Positions 14,254 to 26,345 of a DNA stretch of 64,000 nt are shown piece by piece. Position 1 is the stretch's first letter; every line of letters begins with the position of its first letter. The stretch spans positions 104,534,001 to 104,598,000 of the forward strand of contig NC_086108.1 of assembly GCF_963921235.1 (NCBI RefSeq), written 5' to 3'. Source of the DNA: Mobula hypostoma (Eukaryota). The position numbers and the translations under genes were made by a program. The notes below the pieces were generated by a model. The model did no database searches. It saw nothing but the letters and a program-made list of their open reading frames with translations, and had not been told where the DNA came from.

Positions 14254-15356
14254 TGTAATTGGGCAGAATGGACTCATTGGGCTGGAAGGGCCTGTTACTG
14301 TGCTGTATCTCTAAATAAAATAAAATACATTTGGGATTACTCATGCAAACCAATTAACCCAACAACATAGAGGAAACTGGAGCACGTGGAAGAAAATATG
14401 GCCACAGGGAGAACGTGCAAACTCCACGCATCTGATTCCTGAGGCCAGCATTGAACCGGGCTGACTGAGGCTATGCAGCAGCTCTGATAGCTGCACCATA
14501 ATGAAATATTACCGCTGCTGTCGAGTAGGAAATGAGGGTCAGGATTCCACAAGTGGAAAGGGAAAGGGTCAAAGGTTCAGTTATTATCAAAGTGTGTATG
14601 CGGTGTTCAACTCTGAGATTCACCTTCTCACAGATAGCCATGAAACAAAGAAAACCATCGAGTTGTTCAAAGAAAAAGCATCAACCTTCCCGTGCAGAAA
14701 AGGAAAACAAATCATGCAAATGGCAACAAAAGCATCAACCCACCCACGTGCTAAAAATAACATCGCAAAATGAAATAAAAACATCATTACCCCCATACAA
14801 AAAATGGCGCAAATGGCAACAAGAAAGAATGAAAAAAAAAAGCATAAAAACATAAAACTGAAGAAGTCCAATTGGAACTAGAGTCTACCCATAAATCACA
14901 GAACTAGATAAGTTGCTTTTATAAACACTGGTTCACTTCATGAATAGTCAACTTGCAAGGACCTCAGAATCATGAGTAGGATGATTCAGTTGTGGTGATG
15001 GGTTCTAGATAGTGTAGATATTGAGAGGATGTTTCCTATAGTGGGGAAGTCTAGGACCAGAGGACACAGCCTCAGAATAAAAGGGCATCCTTTTAGACTA
15101 GAGATGAGGAGGAATTTCCTTAATCCAGAGGGTGGTGAATCTGTGGAATTCATTGCCACAGATGGTTGTGGAGGCCAAGTCATTGGTTGTATTCAAAGCA
15201 GAATCTGATAGGTTCTTAATTAGTAAGGGTGTCAGAGGATACAGGGAGAAGTTAGGTGAATGGGGTAAGTTAGCCATGATGGAATGGTGCTGCAGACTTG
15301 ATGGGCCAAATGGCCTAATTATTACCCAACGTCTTAGGGTCTTAAAAGAAAAATAC

Positions 15357-15495
15357 CTTAGAGTCTTTGAGCATGATATCAAGGGTTCGTTGAGATGTTG
15401 CGGCCAAAACGGCAGATATTTGATGAGGTGTTCCCTTTATGTGCCTTTCGGAGAATCCCAACAGGAAGAGAATCCTGGCCAGGTGATCACCAATC
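15357..15495 (-). CDS. vtg: Vitellogenin exon (LV2): IGDHLARILFLLGFSERHIKGTPHQISAVLAATSQRTLDIMLKDSK
   Basis: Acceptor ttccattacag|, donor |gtattt, 139 nt, phase 2 to 0. Confidence 0.9.
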
Positions 15496-15589
15496 CTGTA
15501 ATGGAATTGACAGGAATTAACACTCCTTCTCACGCACGGAATGCGCAGTAATCCAGTGAAAAATGGGTGTTATGTGCAATGACGCCTAC

Positions 15590-15732
15590 ACTTGGGCAGT
15601 ATCTTTCAGGGACTGTGGAATCCTGTCCCACTTTGCCTTGAGCAGAACAGCAGGATGAATCCTTACGTGACCCATGCTTGCTTTTCCTGTAATCTTGTAG
15701 TCCTGGCAATCCTGGCCCCATCTCAGTGTTCC
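15590..15732 (-). CDS. vtg: Vitellogenin exon (LV2): GTLRWGQDCQDYKITGKASMGHVRIHPAVLLKAKWDRIPQSLKDTAQV
   Basis: Acceptor aacatttcag|, donor |gtaggc, 143 nt, phase 0 to 2. Contains the WG..CQDY motif. Confidence 0.92.
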
Positions 15733-17910
15733 CTGAAATGTTATACAGGAGAATCAATCAATATTATTTCCATTCTTAGGATTCATTAAAAAGTACTTCT
15801 TTTATAAAATGTCCCATTCCTTTTCCCAGTGGAGTGTATTCTAACTGGTTCATCACCATTTGGTATGGGGGGGGGGCATGACTGCACAGGATCAGAAAAA
15901 GCCACAGAAAGCTATGAACTCAGCCAACTCCATCATGGGCACTAGCCTCCTCAGCGTCCAGGACATCTTTAAAAACCTCAAAAAGGCGATATCCATCATT
16001 AAGGACGCCCATCGCCCAGGACATGCCCTTGTCTCATTGCTACCACGAAGGAGGAGGTACAAGAGCCTGAAGATACCCACTCAGTGTTTTAAGAATAGCT
16101 TCTTTCCCTCTGCCATCAGATTTCTTAGAGGGCAATAAACCCATGAACATTGCCTACTATGTCGCTTTCTTTTTACATTATTTACTTCGTTTTTAATATA
16201 AATCTTATTGCAACTCACAGGTTTTTTTCAATGTATCGGACTGTAGTGCTGCCACAAGGCAAAAAATTTCACGACACATATGACAGTGATAACAAACCTG
16301 ATTCTGATGCTAGCATGGTTAATAAGGCATTGATAGAGTGGACAGTCAATGCCTTTTTCCAGGGTGGAGATCGCTAATATGAGAGGGCATCATTTTAAGA
16401 TGATTCCAGGAAAGTATAGAGGGGATGTGAGAGGCAAGTTCTTTACTCAGAGAGCTGTGGGTGTGTGGAACACCCTTACCAGGGGTGGTGTTAATGGCAG
16501 ATACATCAGGGGCATTTAAGAAACTCTTAGATAGGCACATGGATGATAGCAAAATGGAGGGTTATGTATTGGATTGAAAGTTTGTACAACATTGTGGGCT
16601 GAAGGGCCTGTACTGTTCTTTGTCCTGTGTTCTATGTTCAACCACTCATATTAATCATTTCTTCCATCACCCATAAGTGTGAAGTGACGCATTTTACAAA
16701 GTCAAACCTGTGGAAGACTCTTACTAGGAATGGTAGGACACAGAAGACCGTAATGGAACAGAGAGACCTGGGAGTACTAGTACATAGAAGCAGAGTCACA
16801 GGTGGACAGGGTTAGAGTCTTTTTACCTGGGTGGTATTGGCAAGTATTAGATGGCATAGGTTTACAGTGAGAGGGAGAACGCAGGAAGGAGAATTGTGGG
16901 GCAAGATGTTTTAAAATATAAAAATGCAGAGATTGGTAGCTACTTGGAACATGCTGCCAGGGGATGGGGAAAGAACCAGATACGGTATGAGAAATGTTTA
17001 AAAGGCGTATAGACAGATGTGCGAACAACAAGGACTTGAGGGATATTATCCATGTGTTGTACAGTTGGCGTTAGTTAGCCTGGAAGTCGAAGCTCTATAG
17101 CTAGAGCTGAGCCTGAGGTTCTCTGTGAGGTCAAAACCCAATGTCTGCAAATCTGAGCCCAAGACTGCTGGCTGTAGGCTTGAGGCCAAAGAAGGTGGCC
17201 AGTCCTGGAGTTAAAGGACTGTGTATGTGCATGAGTAGGAGGGAGGAATGGGGCTTACTTTGCTGTTGTTGTTTTGTTGCTGGTTGTGATCTGTGTTGTT
17301 CTGCTGAGCATTGTGGGTATGTTACGTTGGCACCAGAATGCATGGCGACAGTTGTGGACTGTCCCCAGGTGTGCTGGTTGCTAGCACAAGCAATGGATTT
17401 CACTGTATGCTTTGATGTATGTGTAAATAAACTTGAATCTTGAACTGAATTATTTTGAGAAGTTGTGCAGCTTTTATTGGAGTGTAGAAGAACTAGAGGT
17501 GATCTTATAGAGGTGTATAAAATCTAGAGGGGTTTAGATAGGCGAATGCACAGTCTTTTACCCAGAGCTGAGGAATCAAGATCTAGGCTTAAGGTGAGGG
17601 GGGGGGGAGGGATTTAATAGGAACTTGAGAGGCAAGTGTTCACCCAGAGGGTGTTCAGTATACGGAAAGGACTGCTAGAGGAAGTGATTGAGGTAGGTAC
17701 ATTAACAATTTTAGAAGGTAGTTGAGCAGGTACATCGATAGGAAAAGGATATGGGCTAACTGGGGTTATTGTAAATGGGAATCTTGATCAGAATGGACCA
17801 AATGTGTTGAAGGACCTGTTTCTGTGCAGTGTGACTCCGTGGTCCTACTGGGTAGGATTTTGAAATAAATAGAGCCTTGTCAAGAAGAGAGGTACTTAAC
17901 TGTACTTTAC

Positions 17911-18123
17911 CAATGCCAGGCGATCATAGGGAAACTCTGCATTGATACAGACTTTCCAGTTGCCACCATCCTGAAGTTCGTCCACAACAACTTGCCATAA
18001 TCGTATGTCCATTAAATTGTCCACAGAAAATTTCGTCTGGTAGCCTTTCTCTTTATTATCGGTGGTAATGGCTCGAGTGAACAAAGTGAGTATCAGTGGC
18101 ATTAAACCTCCAAGGAATGTGGA
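17911..18123 (-). CDS. vtg: Vitellogenin exon (lipovitellin II): STFLGGLMPLILTLFTRAITTDNKEKGYQ...NWKVCINAEFPYDRLAL
   Basis: Acceptor tcttctccag|, donor |gtaaag, 213 nt, phase 0 to 0. Contains the FLG...P....RA...D.K..GYQ and NWK.C motifs. Confidence 0.92.
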
Positions 18124-18880
18124 CTGGAGAAGACAAAATACCCGGGAACATTTGTGTTATTGTTTGGTCAACAAATGGTCAACAAATCTAGTTTATAATG
18201 TCAGATCTAATTTATAATGATAAGTTGACAAAAAAATAGTTGTCAAGTAACAATTTGGATAAAATTATGATGAGGTGCTTTGGAAGAGATATAAAAGAAA
18301 TTATTAGGACAAGTCACCTGTTCAATACCTGGGTCATGACCAAAGACAAAAATGGCTGGAGTCGTTAGGACTTTAGTGCAAGGGTGTTTATTACAAAACT
18401 TACAAAAAATTAACAAAAATAGTGAAAAGAAAACTGCTAATATTTACAAAAAGATATCTACCAGAAGGTTCAATAGTAGTTCTGTACTATTTTTGCCCAT
18501 TGTGAACTCCTGGCAGACCCAATTACTCTCTCTCACTGAGAGTGATGAGACACATTTATCAGACACCAGGACATACTATCTTTAATTACCCACAAAGTTA
18601 ACAAGATTACACATGAATTAGAATATGATGCACCCCACAATGTAGATACAAGCATATTACAAAATAAACAGAGTATCTATCCTAAGTACAGTGTACAAAT
18701 AATATATACATATTTACGCATCCCATTACTAAAGAAATGGAATATTCTGCTGTGTATGGCGAGAAAGACACCACAAAGCCAACTCAAGTGTATCAGCTCA
18801 GTTTAGGACCCATTATGAGAATATACCAGGGAAGATATTGAAGTGTGTACACTCAGCACAACAACAGCAGAATGATGAGG

Positions 18881-18881
<1 letters not shown>

Positions 18882-18922
<41 letters not shown>

Positions 18923-18926
18923 ATAT

Positions 18927-18970
<44 letters not shown>
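18882..18970 (+). repeat. Compound (TG)n/(CA)n/(TA)n microsatellite
   Basis: Read directly from the sequence. Confidence 0.95.
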
Positions 18971-18973
<3 letters not shown>

Positions 18974-20149
18974 TCGGTGGGTATCCACCTACTCTTCTTT
19001 CCTGTCTAGTCTCTGAGCTGATGCTGAACTGCCAATACCCACTGCCTGAGTTGGTATTTCATTGGGAGTTTGGAATGTTACCAAAGACTCTTGCAAATTT
19101 CTACAGATGTATCTTGGAGTGCATTCTAACTGGCTATATCACTGTGTGTGTATATATGCACACACATATACACACTCTGTACATAGAACACTGTATAAAA
19201 GTCATAGGCACATAAGTTGTAGATGCCTAAGGTTTTTGCATATTGCTATTGTGGTGTGGTATTTCATTGATTGATTCTATTATGATTATTATTCTATTAT
19301 GTATTTATTGAGTATGCCTGCAAAAAATGAATCTCAGCGTTGTATATAGTGACATATATGTACTTTGATAATAAATTTACTTTGAATTTTGAACTTTGAT
19401 GCTGCAATAAAAGAAAACCATGTCATATGTGAGGGGTGATAAACCTGATTCTGATAAGGGTCTCTGTTGTGGACTGAGAGTGGGAAGAGAGCAGGGAGAG
19501 GGGAATCATGGCTGGGGAAAGAAGAGAGAGGGGATGGAGTGGGAATCATCAGAGAGACATTCTATAATGATCAATAAATCAATAGTTTGGAATTAAATGA
19601 CATTGGCTGGTGTCTCAGGGCTGGGTGTGTCTGCAGCTGCGCCATCTCCCCCCACCCCCAGGCCCTCCTTCTCTGCCACCTGTCCCACACTCCTCCTGGC
19701 GCACTCCATTCCCGCCATTCCCAATATTCTTTGCTCCTGCCAGATTTACAAATTCGCTGTCTGCTCCATGTTGAAAAATACAGTTCTGTGCAAAGTGTTA
19801 GGCACCACAGCGGTGTGCATATATGTAGATATACGATTATTTCTTATTGTAACTTACGGTGTTTTTAATGTATGCACCATACTGTTACTGCAAAACAACA
19901 AATTTCATGCCATATCTGATTCTAATTCTTATTATTGAGTCCAATTTTTACTTGAGCTTAAGTTCCCAAACTGTTGAGGTGAGATTTGAACTCATGCCTT
20001 TACCCGTTGCTTCACCTATCCAAGTCTACCTTGTATGGATCAATAATCTTCAGTGTGAGGGGAGGGGAACAGTTCAGAGGTGAACAGAAAGCTCTGATTC
20101 CTGGCAACTTGTTATCGGAAACTCTTTCAGCTCTAATTAATCATCTTAC

Positions 20150-20263
20150 CTGCTCCAGTGAATTTGAAGATGAAGATGAAGATGAAAGAAGAAACTCAGA
20201 GCTGGAGAAACTCATTGTTGTGTCAAAACTGGTTTCGAATGAACTTAATTGTTTGTTTTGTGA
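20150..20263 (-). CDS. vtg: Vitellogenin exon (Ser-rich phosvitin/LV2 junction): SQNKQLSSFETSFDTTMSFSSSEFLLSSSSSSSNSLEQ
   Basis: Acceptor ctctgatttcag|, donor |gtaaga, 114 nt, phase 0 to 0. Confidence 0.85.
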
Positions 20264-20671
20264 CTGAAATCAGAGATCACCAACATTAACAAAATAAAGT
20301 TTCCATGCATCCTCACTCATTTATCAGGAACACTGCATACAGAGTCCTTAGATGGCATAAACATCAATTTCCCGGACTTCTGGTAAATAGCTCCCTCTTC
20401 TCCTTCACCATTCCTCATTCCTGTTTCCCTCTCACACCTTCTCTTCTTACTTGCCCATCACCTCCCTCTGGTGCTCCTCTCCCTTTCTTTTCTTCCATGG
20501 TCTTCCACCCTCTCCCGTCAGATTCCCCCTTTGCCAGCCCTTTACCTCTTCCACTAATCCAATTCCCAGCTCTTTACTTCACCTCCCTCCCCTCTCCCAG
20601 TTTCACCTATCCCCTACCACTTTGTACTTCCTCCCCTCTCCCCCACCTTCTTATTCTGACTTCTTCCCTTC

Positions 20672-20709
20672 CAGTCCTGATGAAGGGTCACGGCCCGAAA
20701 CATCAACTG
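20672..20709 (+). ncRNA. Minimal type-I hammerhead ribozyme motif in a Penelope pLTR
   Basis: CAGTC-CTGATGA-AGGGTCACGGCCC-GAAA-C-ATC-AACTG. The CUGAnGA and GAAA core is intact, with stem II GGG/CCC, an AUC cleavage triplet, and helix I with one mismatch. Confidence 0.6.
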
Positions 20710-20994
20710 TTTATTCCCATTCATAGATGCTGCCTGACCTGCCGGGCTCTGCCAGCACATCGTGTGTATTGCTCTAGGTTTCCATTGTCCCCAGTCCCTC
20801 TTGAATCCTTAGCATTATTAAGGATTCCTTCCATCTGTCCAACAATCTCTTTGATTCCCCTATCAGCCGCTAGGGGGCACCATAGCATTAGGACAAGGAC
20901 TGTTAAGATGGGAAACATCTTTCCTAGGCTGTGAGACTACTGAATTCCCTGCCACCACCTAGGTATCACCACGTATGAAGTGTCAGTAGCTTTA

Positions 20995-22232
20995 AAAACG
21001 CAAACATGAGGAAATCTGCAGATGCTGGAATTTCAAGCAACACACATAAAAGTTGTTCAGGCCAGGCAGCATCTCTAGGAAGAGGTACGGTCGACGTTTC
21101 GGGCTGAGACCCTTGGTCAGGACTAACTGAAAGAAATGATAGTAAGAAATTTGAAAGTGGGAGGGGGAAAGGGGAGATCCGAAATGATAGGAGAAGATAG
21201 GGCGGGGAGGGATGGAGCCAAAAGCTGGACAGTTGATTGGCAAAAAGGATATGAGAGGATCAGGGGACGGGAGGCCTAGGGAGAAAGAAAAGGGGGGGGA
21301 TAAAGCCCAGAGGATGGGCAAGAGGTATAGTGAGGGGTAACAGAGGGAGAAAAAGCAGAGAGAGAGAAAGAATGTGTGTATATAAATAAATAATGGATGG
21401 GGTACGAGGGGGAGGTGGGGCATTAGCGGAAGTTAGAGAAGTCAATGTTCATGCCATCAGGTTGGAGGCTACCCAGACGGAATATAAGGTGTTCCTCCAA
21501 CCTGAGTGTGGCTTCATCTTTACAGTAGAGGAGGCCGTGGACAGACATATCAGAATGGGAATGGGATGTGGAATTAAAATGTGTGGCCACTGGGAGATCC
21601 TGCTTTCTCTGGTGGACAGTTTTTGCTGAACACCTACGCTCTGTCCGCCAGAGAAAGCAGGATCTCACAGTAGCCACACATTTTAATTCTATGTCCCATT
21701 CCCATTCTGATATGTCTATCCACGGCCTCCTCTATTGTAAAGATGAAGCCACACTCAGGTTGGAGGAACAACACCTTATATTCTGTCTGGGTAGCTTCCA
21801 ACCTGATGGCATAAGCATTGACTTCTCAAACTTCCGCTAATGCCCCATCTCCCCCTCGTACCCCATCCATTATTTATTTATTTATATACACACATTCTTT
21901 TTCTCTCTCTCCTTTTTCCTCCCTCTGTCCCTCTCACTATACCCCTTGCCCATCCTCTGGGCTTCCCCCCTCCCCCTTTTCTTTCTCCCTGGGCCTCCTG
22001 TCCCATGATCCTCTCATATCCCTTTTGCCAATCAACTGTCCAGCTCTTGGCTCCATCCCTCCCCCTCCTGTCTTCTCCTATCATTTCGGATCTCCCCCTC
22101 CCCCTCTCAAATTACATACTACCTCTTTTTTCAGTTAGTCCTGACGAAGGGTCTCAGCCCAAAACATCGACTGTACCTCTTCCTAGAGATACTGCCTGGC
22201 CTGCTGCATTCACCAGCAACTTTTATGTGTGT
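20995..22232. mobile_element. Penelope-like element 3' end as a head-to-head inverted duplication (GIY-YIG C-terminus plus pLTR in both arms)
   Basis: Both arms encode HFNS.SHSHSDMS.HGLLYCKDEATLRLEE...QPDG..IDFSNFR. TSD tgtcagtagcttta / tgtcagtaggttta (20981-20994 / 22233-22246). Confidence 0.88.
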
Positions 22233-23150
22233 TGTCAGTAGGTTTATACTGTCTACTTTTTAACTTGTGTTGTATATGCTCCTTATTATTTGTTAATTTA
22301 TTTGTGGTAATATATCTTTTAAGTTGTGTGTGAATTATATGTACTCAATGTTTCGTTTGGTAATATATGTGTATACTGTTGAAATGACAATAAACTTGAA
22401 CTTGAATTACCTTTAACAAAAGATATCTGAACTTTATTTAATCACTTGTATTTAAATTCCCCAGCGGAATTTGAACTGATACCTTTGAATTAATGGTTCA
22501 GATCCTTAGCTACTTGTCAAGATGCACTTTGGTAGCACAACTTGGAGCAATACAGAGAAGATTAGCGGAGACCTTGTGCAAGGATGCCACATTTGTGAAA
22601 CGTTCCATATTTTTAGGGCGGCTTGGTGGTGTAGAGGTTAGTGCATTTTACAGTGCCAACAGTAAGATCGATCAGTGCTCAAGTTCTGTCGCTGTCTGTA
22701 AAGTGTTTGTACGTTCTCCCCATGAGAACACGAGTTTCCTCTGGATGCTGTGGCTTCTTCCACGTTCCAAAGATGTACAGATTAGTGGGTAAATTGGTCA
22801 TATGGGTGTAATTGGAGATAGCCCAGAGAAGGTGAATTGCGGACTTGGCTTCCAAAGCCATCTGTGGCAATGAATTCAGCAGATTCACCACCTTCCTCAT
22901 TCCTCCTCGTCCCGGTTCTAAAGGGAAGGTCCTTGTATTCTGAGGCTGTGCCTCTGGTCCTCGACTCGGTCTCTATAGGAAACATCCTTTTCACATCCAT
23001 TCTAACTAGGCCTTTCAATACTCGCTAGGTTTCAGTGAGATTCCCCGTCATTCTACTAAACTCCTGCAAGTACAGACCAAGAGCCGTCAAACACTCCCCA
23101 TACATTAACTCTTACATTCCCGGGATCATTGCCACTCTAATTCCTTATTA

Positions 23151-23374
23151 AAACGCAAACAACAGGAATTCTGCAGATGCTGGAAATTCAAGCAACATAC
23201 ATCAAAGTTGCTGGTGAACGCAGCAGGCCAAGCAGCATCTATAGGAAGAGGTGCAGTCGACGTTTCAGGCCGAGATCCTTCAGTTAGTCCTGACGAAGCC
23301 TGAAACGTCGACTGCACCTCTTCCTATAGATGCTGCTTGGCCTGCTGCGTTCACCAGCAACTTTGATGTATGTT
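23151..23374. mobile_element. Palindromic Penelope pLTR-derived mini-element
   Basis: Near-perfect inverted arms with TSD tctaattccttatta / tctacttccttatta (23136-23150 / 23375-23389). Confidence 0.85.
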
Positions 23375-24908
23375 TCTACTTCCTTATTACATGGGTCTTC
23401 CCTTATTTCAATGAAATAGAGTCAGAGTCATAGAAAAGTGCAGCAGAGAAACAGGCCCTTCGGCCCATCTAGTCCATGCCGAAACCATCTAAACTGCCTA
23501 CTGTCAGCTACTGCACTGGGACCACAGCTCTCCACGCCCCTAACTATCTGAAGTTCTGTTAAACATCGAATTCGAGCTGACATGCACCACTTGTGCTAGC
23601 AGCAGCTCGTTCCACGCTCTCACAACCCTCTGAGTGAAGAAATTTCCCCTCATGGTCCCCTTAAACTTTTCACCTTTCACCCTTAACCTGTGACGTCAAG
23701 ATGTAGTCACACCCAACCTCAGCGGGAAAAGCCTGCTGACACTTACCCTATCTGTACCCCTCATAATTTTGTATATTTCTCCTCACAGTCTTCTATGTTC
23801 CAAGGAACAAAGTCCTAACTTATTCAATCTTTCCACATAACTGAGGTCCCCCAAACCCGGAAACATCCTTGTAAATCTCTGGACCCTTTCAACATTATTT
23901 ACATCTTTCCTGTAGGTAGGTGACCAAAACTGCACACAATAGTACTCCAAATCCAAAGTGGGTTTCCTCATGTTAAAGCACACCAGATACTCACTCTAGG
24001 GGATGTTATCCATCATGTGTACATACCGTGTTAATAGAAGATGGCTTGAAATGAAGCTGGAAGGCATTTCCATCTGTACTCTGTAGTATTGAGAATACAA
24101 AACACATAGCACTGTAATAATCTAAACAACCGAAATTCGAGTCAGAAACAGAAAGTGTCTTCTCCTCCACCACCAGATTCCTGAACAGCCCATGAACATC
24201 ACTTTGTTGTTCAATGGTTCTAATTAATATCAGAGAATGTATACAATATACAACCTGAAATTCTTACCCTTTGCAGACATCCACAAAACAGAAGATATAC
24301 TCCAATTTCCTATTCATTTATTTTTGCAATTTATGATAATTTCATGCTCATTTTTCAGAGCAGTCAGGAGCTTTTTTCTTTGGAGGAAAGAAGGACAAGA
24401 GGCAACGATAGGGGTATGCAAGATAGTAAGAAGCACAGAACCAGGCAGAGTCCCTTATTCAGGGTGGAAATGGCTAGTAGGAGGGAGCATAATTTTAAGG
24501 TGATTGGAGGAAAGTATAATTGGGGGGGGGGTGCAGAGGAGGTGAATGTCAGAAGTAGGTTTATTACACAGAGAGTCGTGAGTGTGTGGAATGGCCCGTC
24601 AGGGTTGATGATGGAGGCAGATCCATTTGGGACATTTAAGAAACACTTAGGTAGGCACATGGACAATAGAAAAATGGAGGGCCACGTGTAAGGGAAGGGT
24701 TAAATTGTACTTAGTGCAGGTTATAAGTTCAGCACAACAATGTGGCTGAAGAGGCTGTGCTATGCTGTAATGTTCTATATTCTGTGCTCTATGTCTTTGC
24801 AATTCACAACTGCCGCATAACAACAAATTTCACGTCATATAGACAGTGATAAGACACCTACTTATGATTCTGGTTCAAGATGAAGATACTATTGCCGGAA
24901 CTCTTTAC

Positions 24909-25970
24909 CTCTTTCCTTCGTTCTGAACCAGAAATCTAGATAAAATGATGCTCTTTAGTCTTGCGAGTTATGGTCGAGTATGTTTTGCGTTTGGCATAGA
25001 TGCATTTACCATTCTTACACCTCTCCTCGGAGCCTGTTTGATACGTTGAGGTTGGCCACGCATCCGCTGTATCGCTACGCATGGAAGACAAGTCAGTGGT
25101 GAAGTCTCCCCTCCCTGAAGAGCTGGATTGCCCGTGAGCAGTTTGCCTGCTGTGCTGCCGCCTTGACTCAGCGGACGACGAGACTCTGGAGCTGGGCTCG
25201 CTCGAAGACGATGAAGTCGATGAGGGGTCCCTGACCAGGTCACCATACTCCTCTTCCGACTGTGCAGAGGACGTGACAGAACTCGAAAGGCTGAGAGAGT
25301 CCGTCGAAGGCAACGAGCTGCTCCTGATCGAGGGTCGGCCGAGCTTTTCGCCTCTGCAGCTGGAACTGTGACATCTTTCGGTGCTGCCCTGGTAAAGCGA
25401 TGACTGGGTACTGACCCTCCTGTGCCCTGAATTCGATGTAGATGCACTGCTGGAAACTCGATGGCCTCTCGAGTTCCTAAAGGAGCTGTGTCAAGACGGC
25501 CTTTCCTTTGGTAGTCCAGATGATGAGTTGGAGGAAAGATGAACAGTTGTATGACGTTCATCTTTTGAAGGCACACGTCGACCCAGCCAGTCATATCTAC
25601 GTTCTTGACTGAGTTTTTGGTGCCTTCCATGCTTGTTACGTTTAGGTTCTTCTCTGTTCACTGGTGAGTGCATACCATGACTTCTTAGGTGTTCGTTATA
25701 ATATTCCTCTGATCTTCTCATTCTGCTCGATGACTGGGAACCTGATGCCGAATCGTGCAATAGTCCACTGTGTTCCTCCCGCCTGTGTTTACCACGTTTA
25801 TCAGGACTGCCATGTTTGTCGTCCCTGCTTTCTGACTTTAATGAGTGGATACCACGAGCCCTTGAGTATTCTACCTTATCCTGCTCTGATCTTCTTCTTG
25901 AACTTCTGCTTGACGTCTGGGAACTCGACATAGATCTGCTCAAGGTATACTTATGTCCTCGTCTTTCCCG
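24909..25970 (-). pseudogene. vtg: Vitellogenin phosvitin exon (Ser/Arg/His-rich, 354 codons) with two in-frame nonsense codons
   Basis: Acceptor catttcacag|, donor GAG|gtaaag, phase 0 to 0. ORFs 25491-26030 and 24936-25313 share one frame. The sequence between them reads RPS*HSSFRNSRGHRVSSSASTSNSG...SIRSSSLPST, and the end reads KEHHFI*ISGSERRKE. Confidence 0.8.
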
Positions 25971-26077
25971 CTGTGAAATGATGTTTGTGACAGTTATTTT
26001 GGCAGCACATGATGGAAAAAACCTTCCCACCTTTTAAACAAAGCTGCCCACGTGGCTCCATCCCTAGGAGAATCAAA

Positions 26078-26345
26078 GTACACTCATTGGCCACTTTATT
26101 GGTTACCTCCTGTACTAATCAAGTAGCCAATGAGTATCTGTTTGTGGTCTTCTACTGCTGTAGCCCGTCCACTTCAAGTTTTGATGTGTTGTGCATTCAG
26201 AGATGCTCTTTTGTACATCACTGTTGTAATGTGTGGTTATTTGAGTTACTGTCACCTTGAACCAGTCTGGCAATCCACTTCTAATCTCTTTCATTAACAA
26301 GGTGATTTTGCCCACAGAACTGCCACTCACTAGAATTTTTTTTGT
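26078..26345. mobile_element. Tc1/mariner-like DNA transposon fragment
   Basis: Terminus TACACTCATTGGCCACTTTATT. The same family occurs at 50750-51715 and 61845-62388. Confidence 0.6.

Noticed and set aside
20305..20934. 209-aa Pro/Ser/Leu-rich ORF and many other short ORFs in the track
   Set aside because: They are chance frames across pyrimidine-rich Penelope UTRs or antisense LINE sequence.
25008..25022. Alternative donors upstream of the TAG (AATG|gtaaat, AG|gtgtaa)
   Set aside because: They are phase 1 or 2, whereas the next exon starts in phase 0, and they would not remove the TGA. Cryptic splicing cannot be fully excluded without cDNA.
25491..25493. Selenocysteine or readthrough at the TGA
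   Set aside because: It lies in a low-complexity region where CGA>TGA is the simpler explanation, and a second stop (TAG) follows.
24968..25630. 220-aa overlapping ORF as a frameshift rescue of the phosvitin stops
   Set aside because: The Ser-rich frame continues unshifted through the TGA, so this ORF is just an alternative frame.
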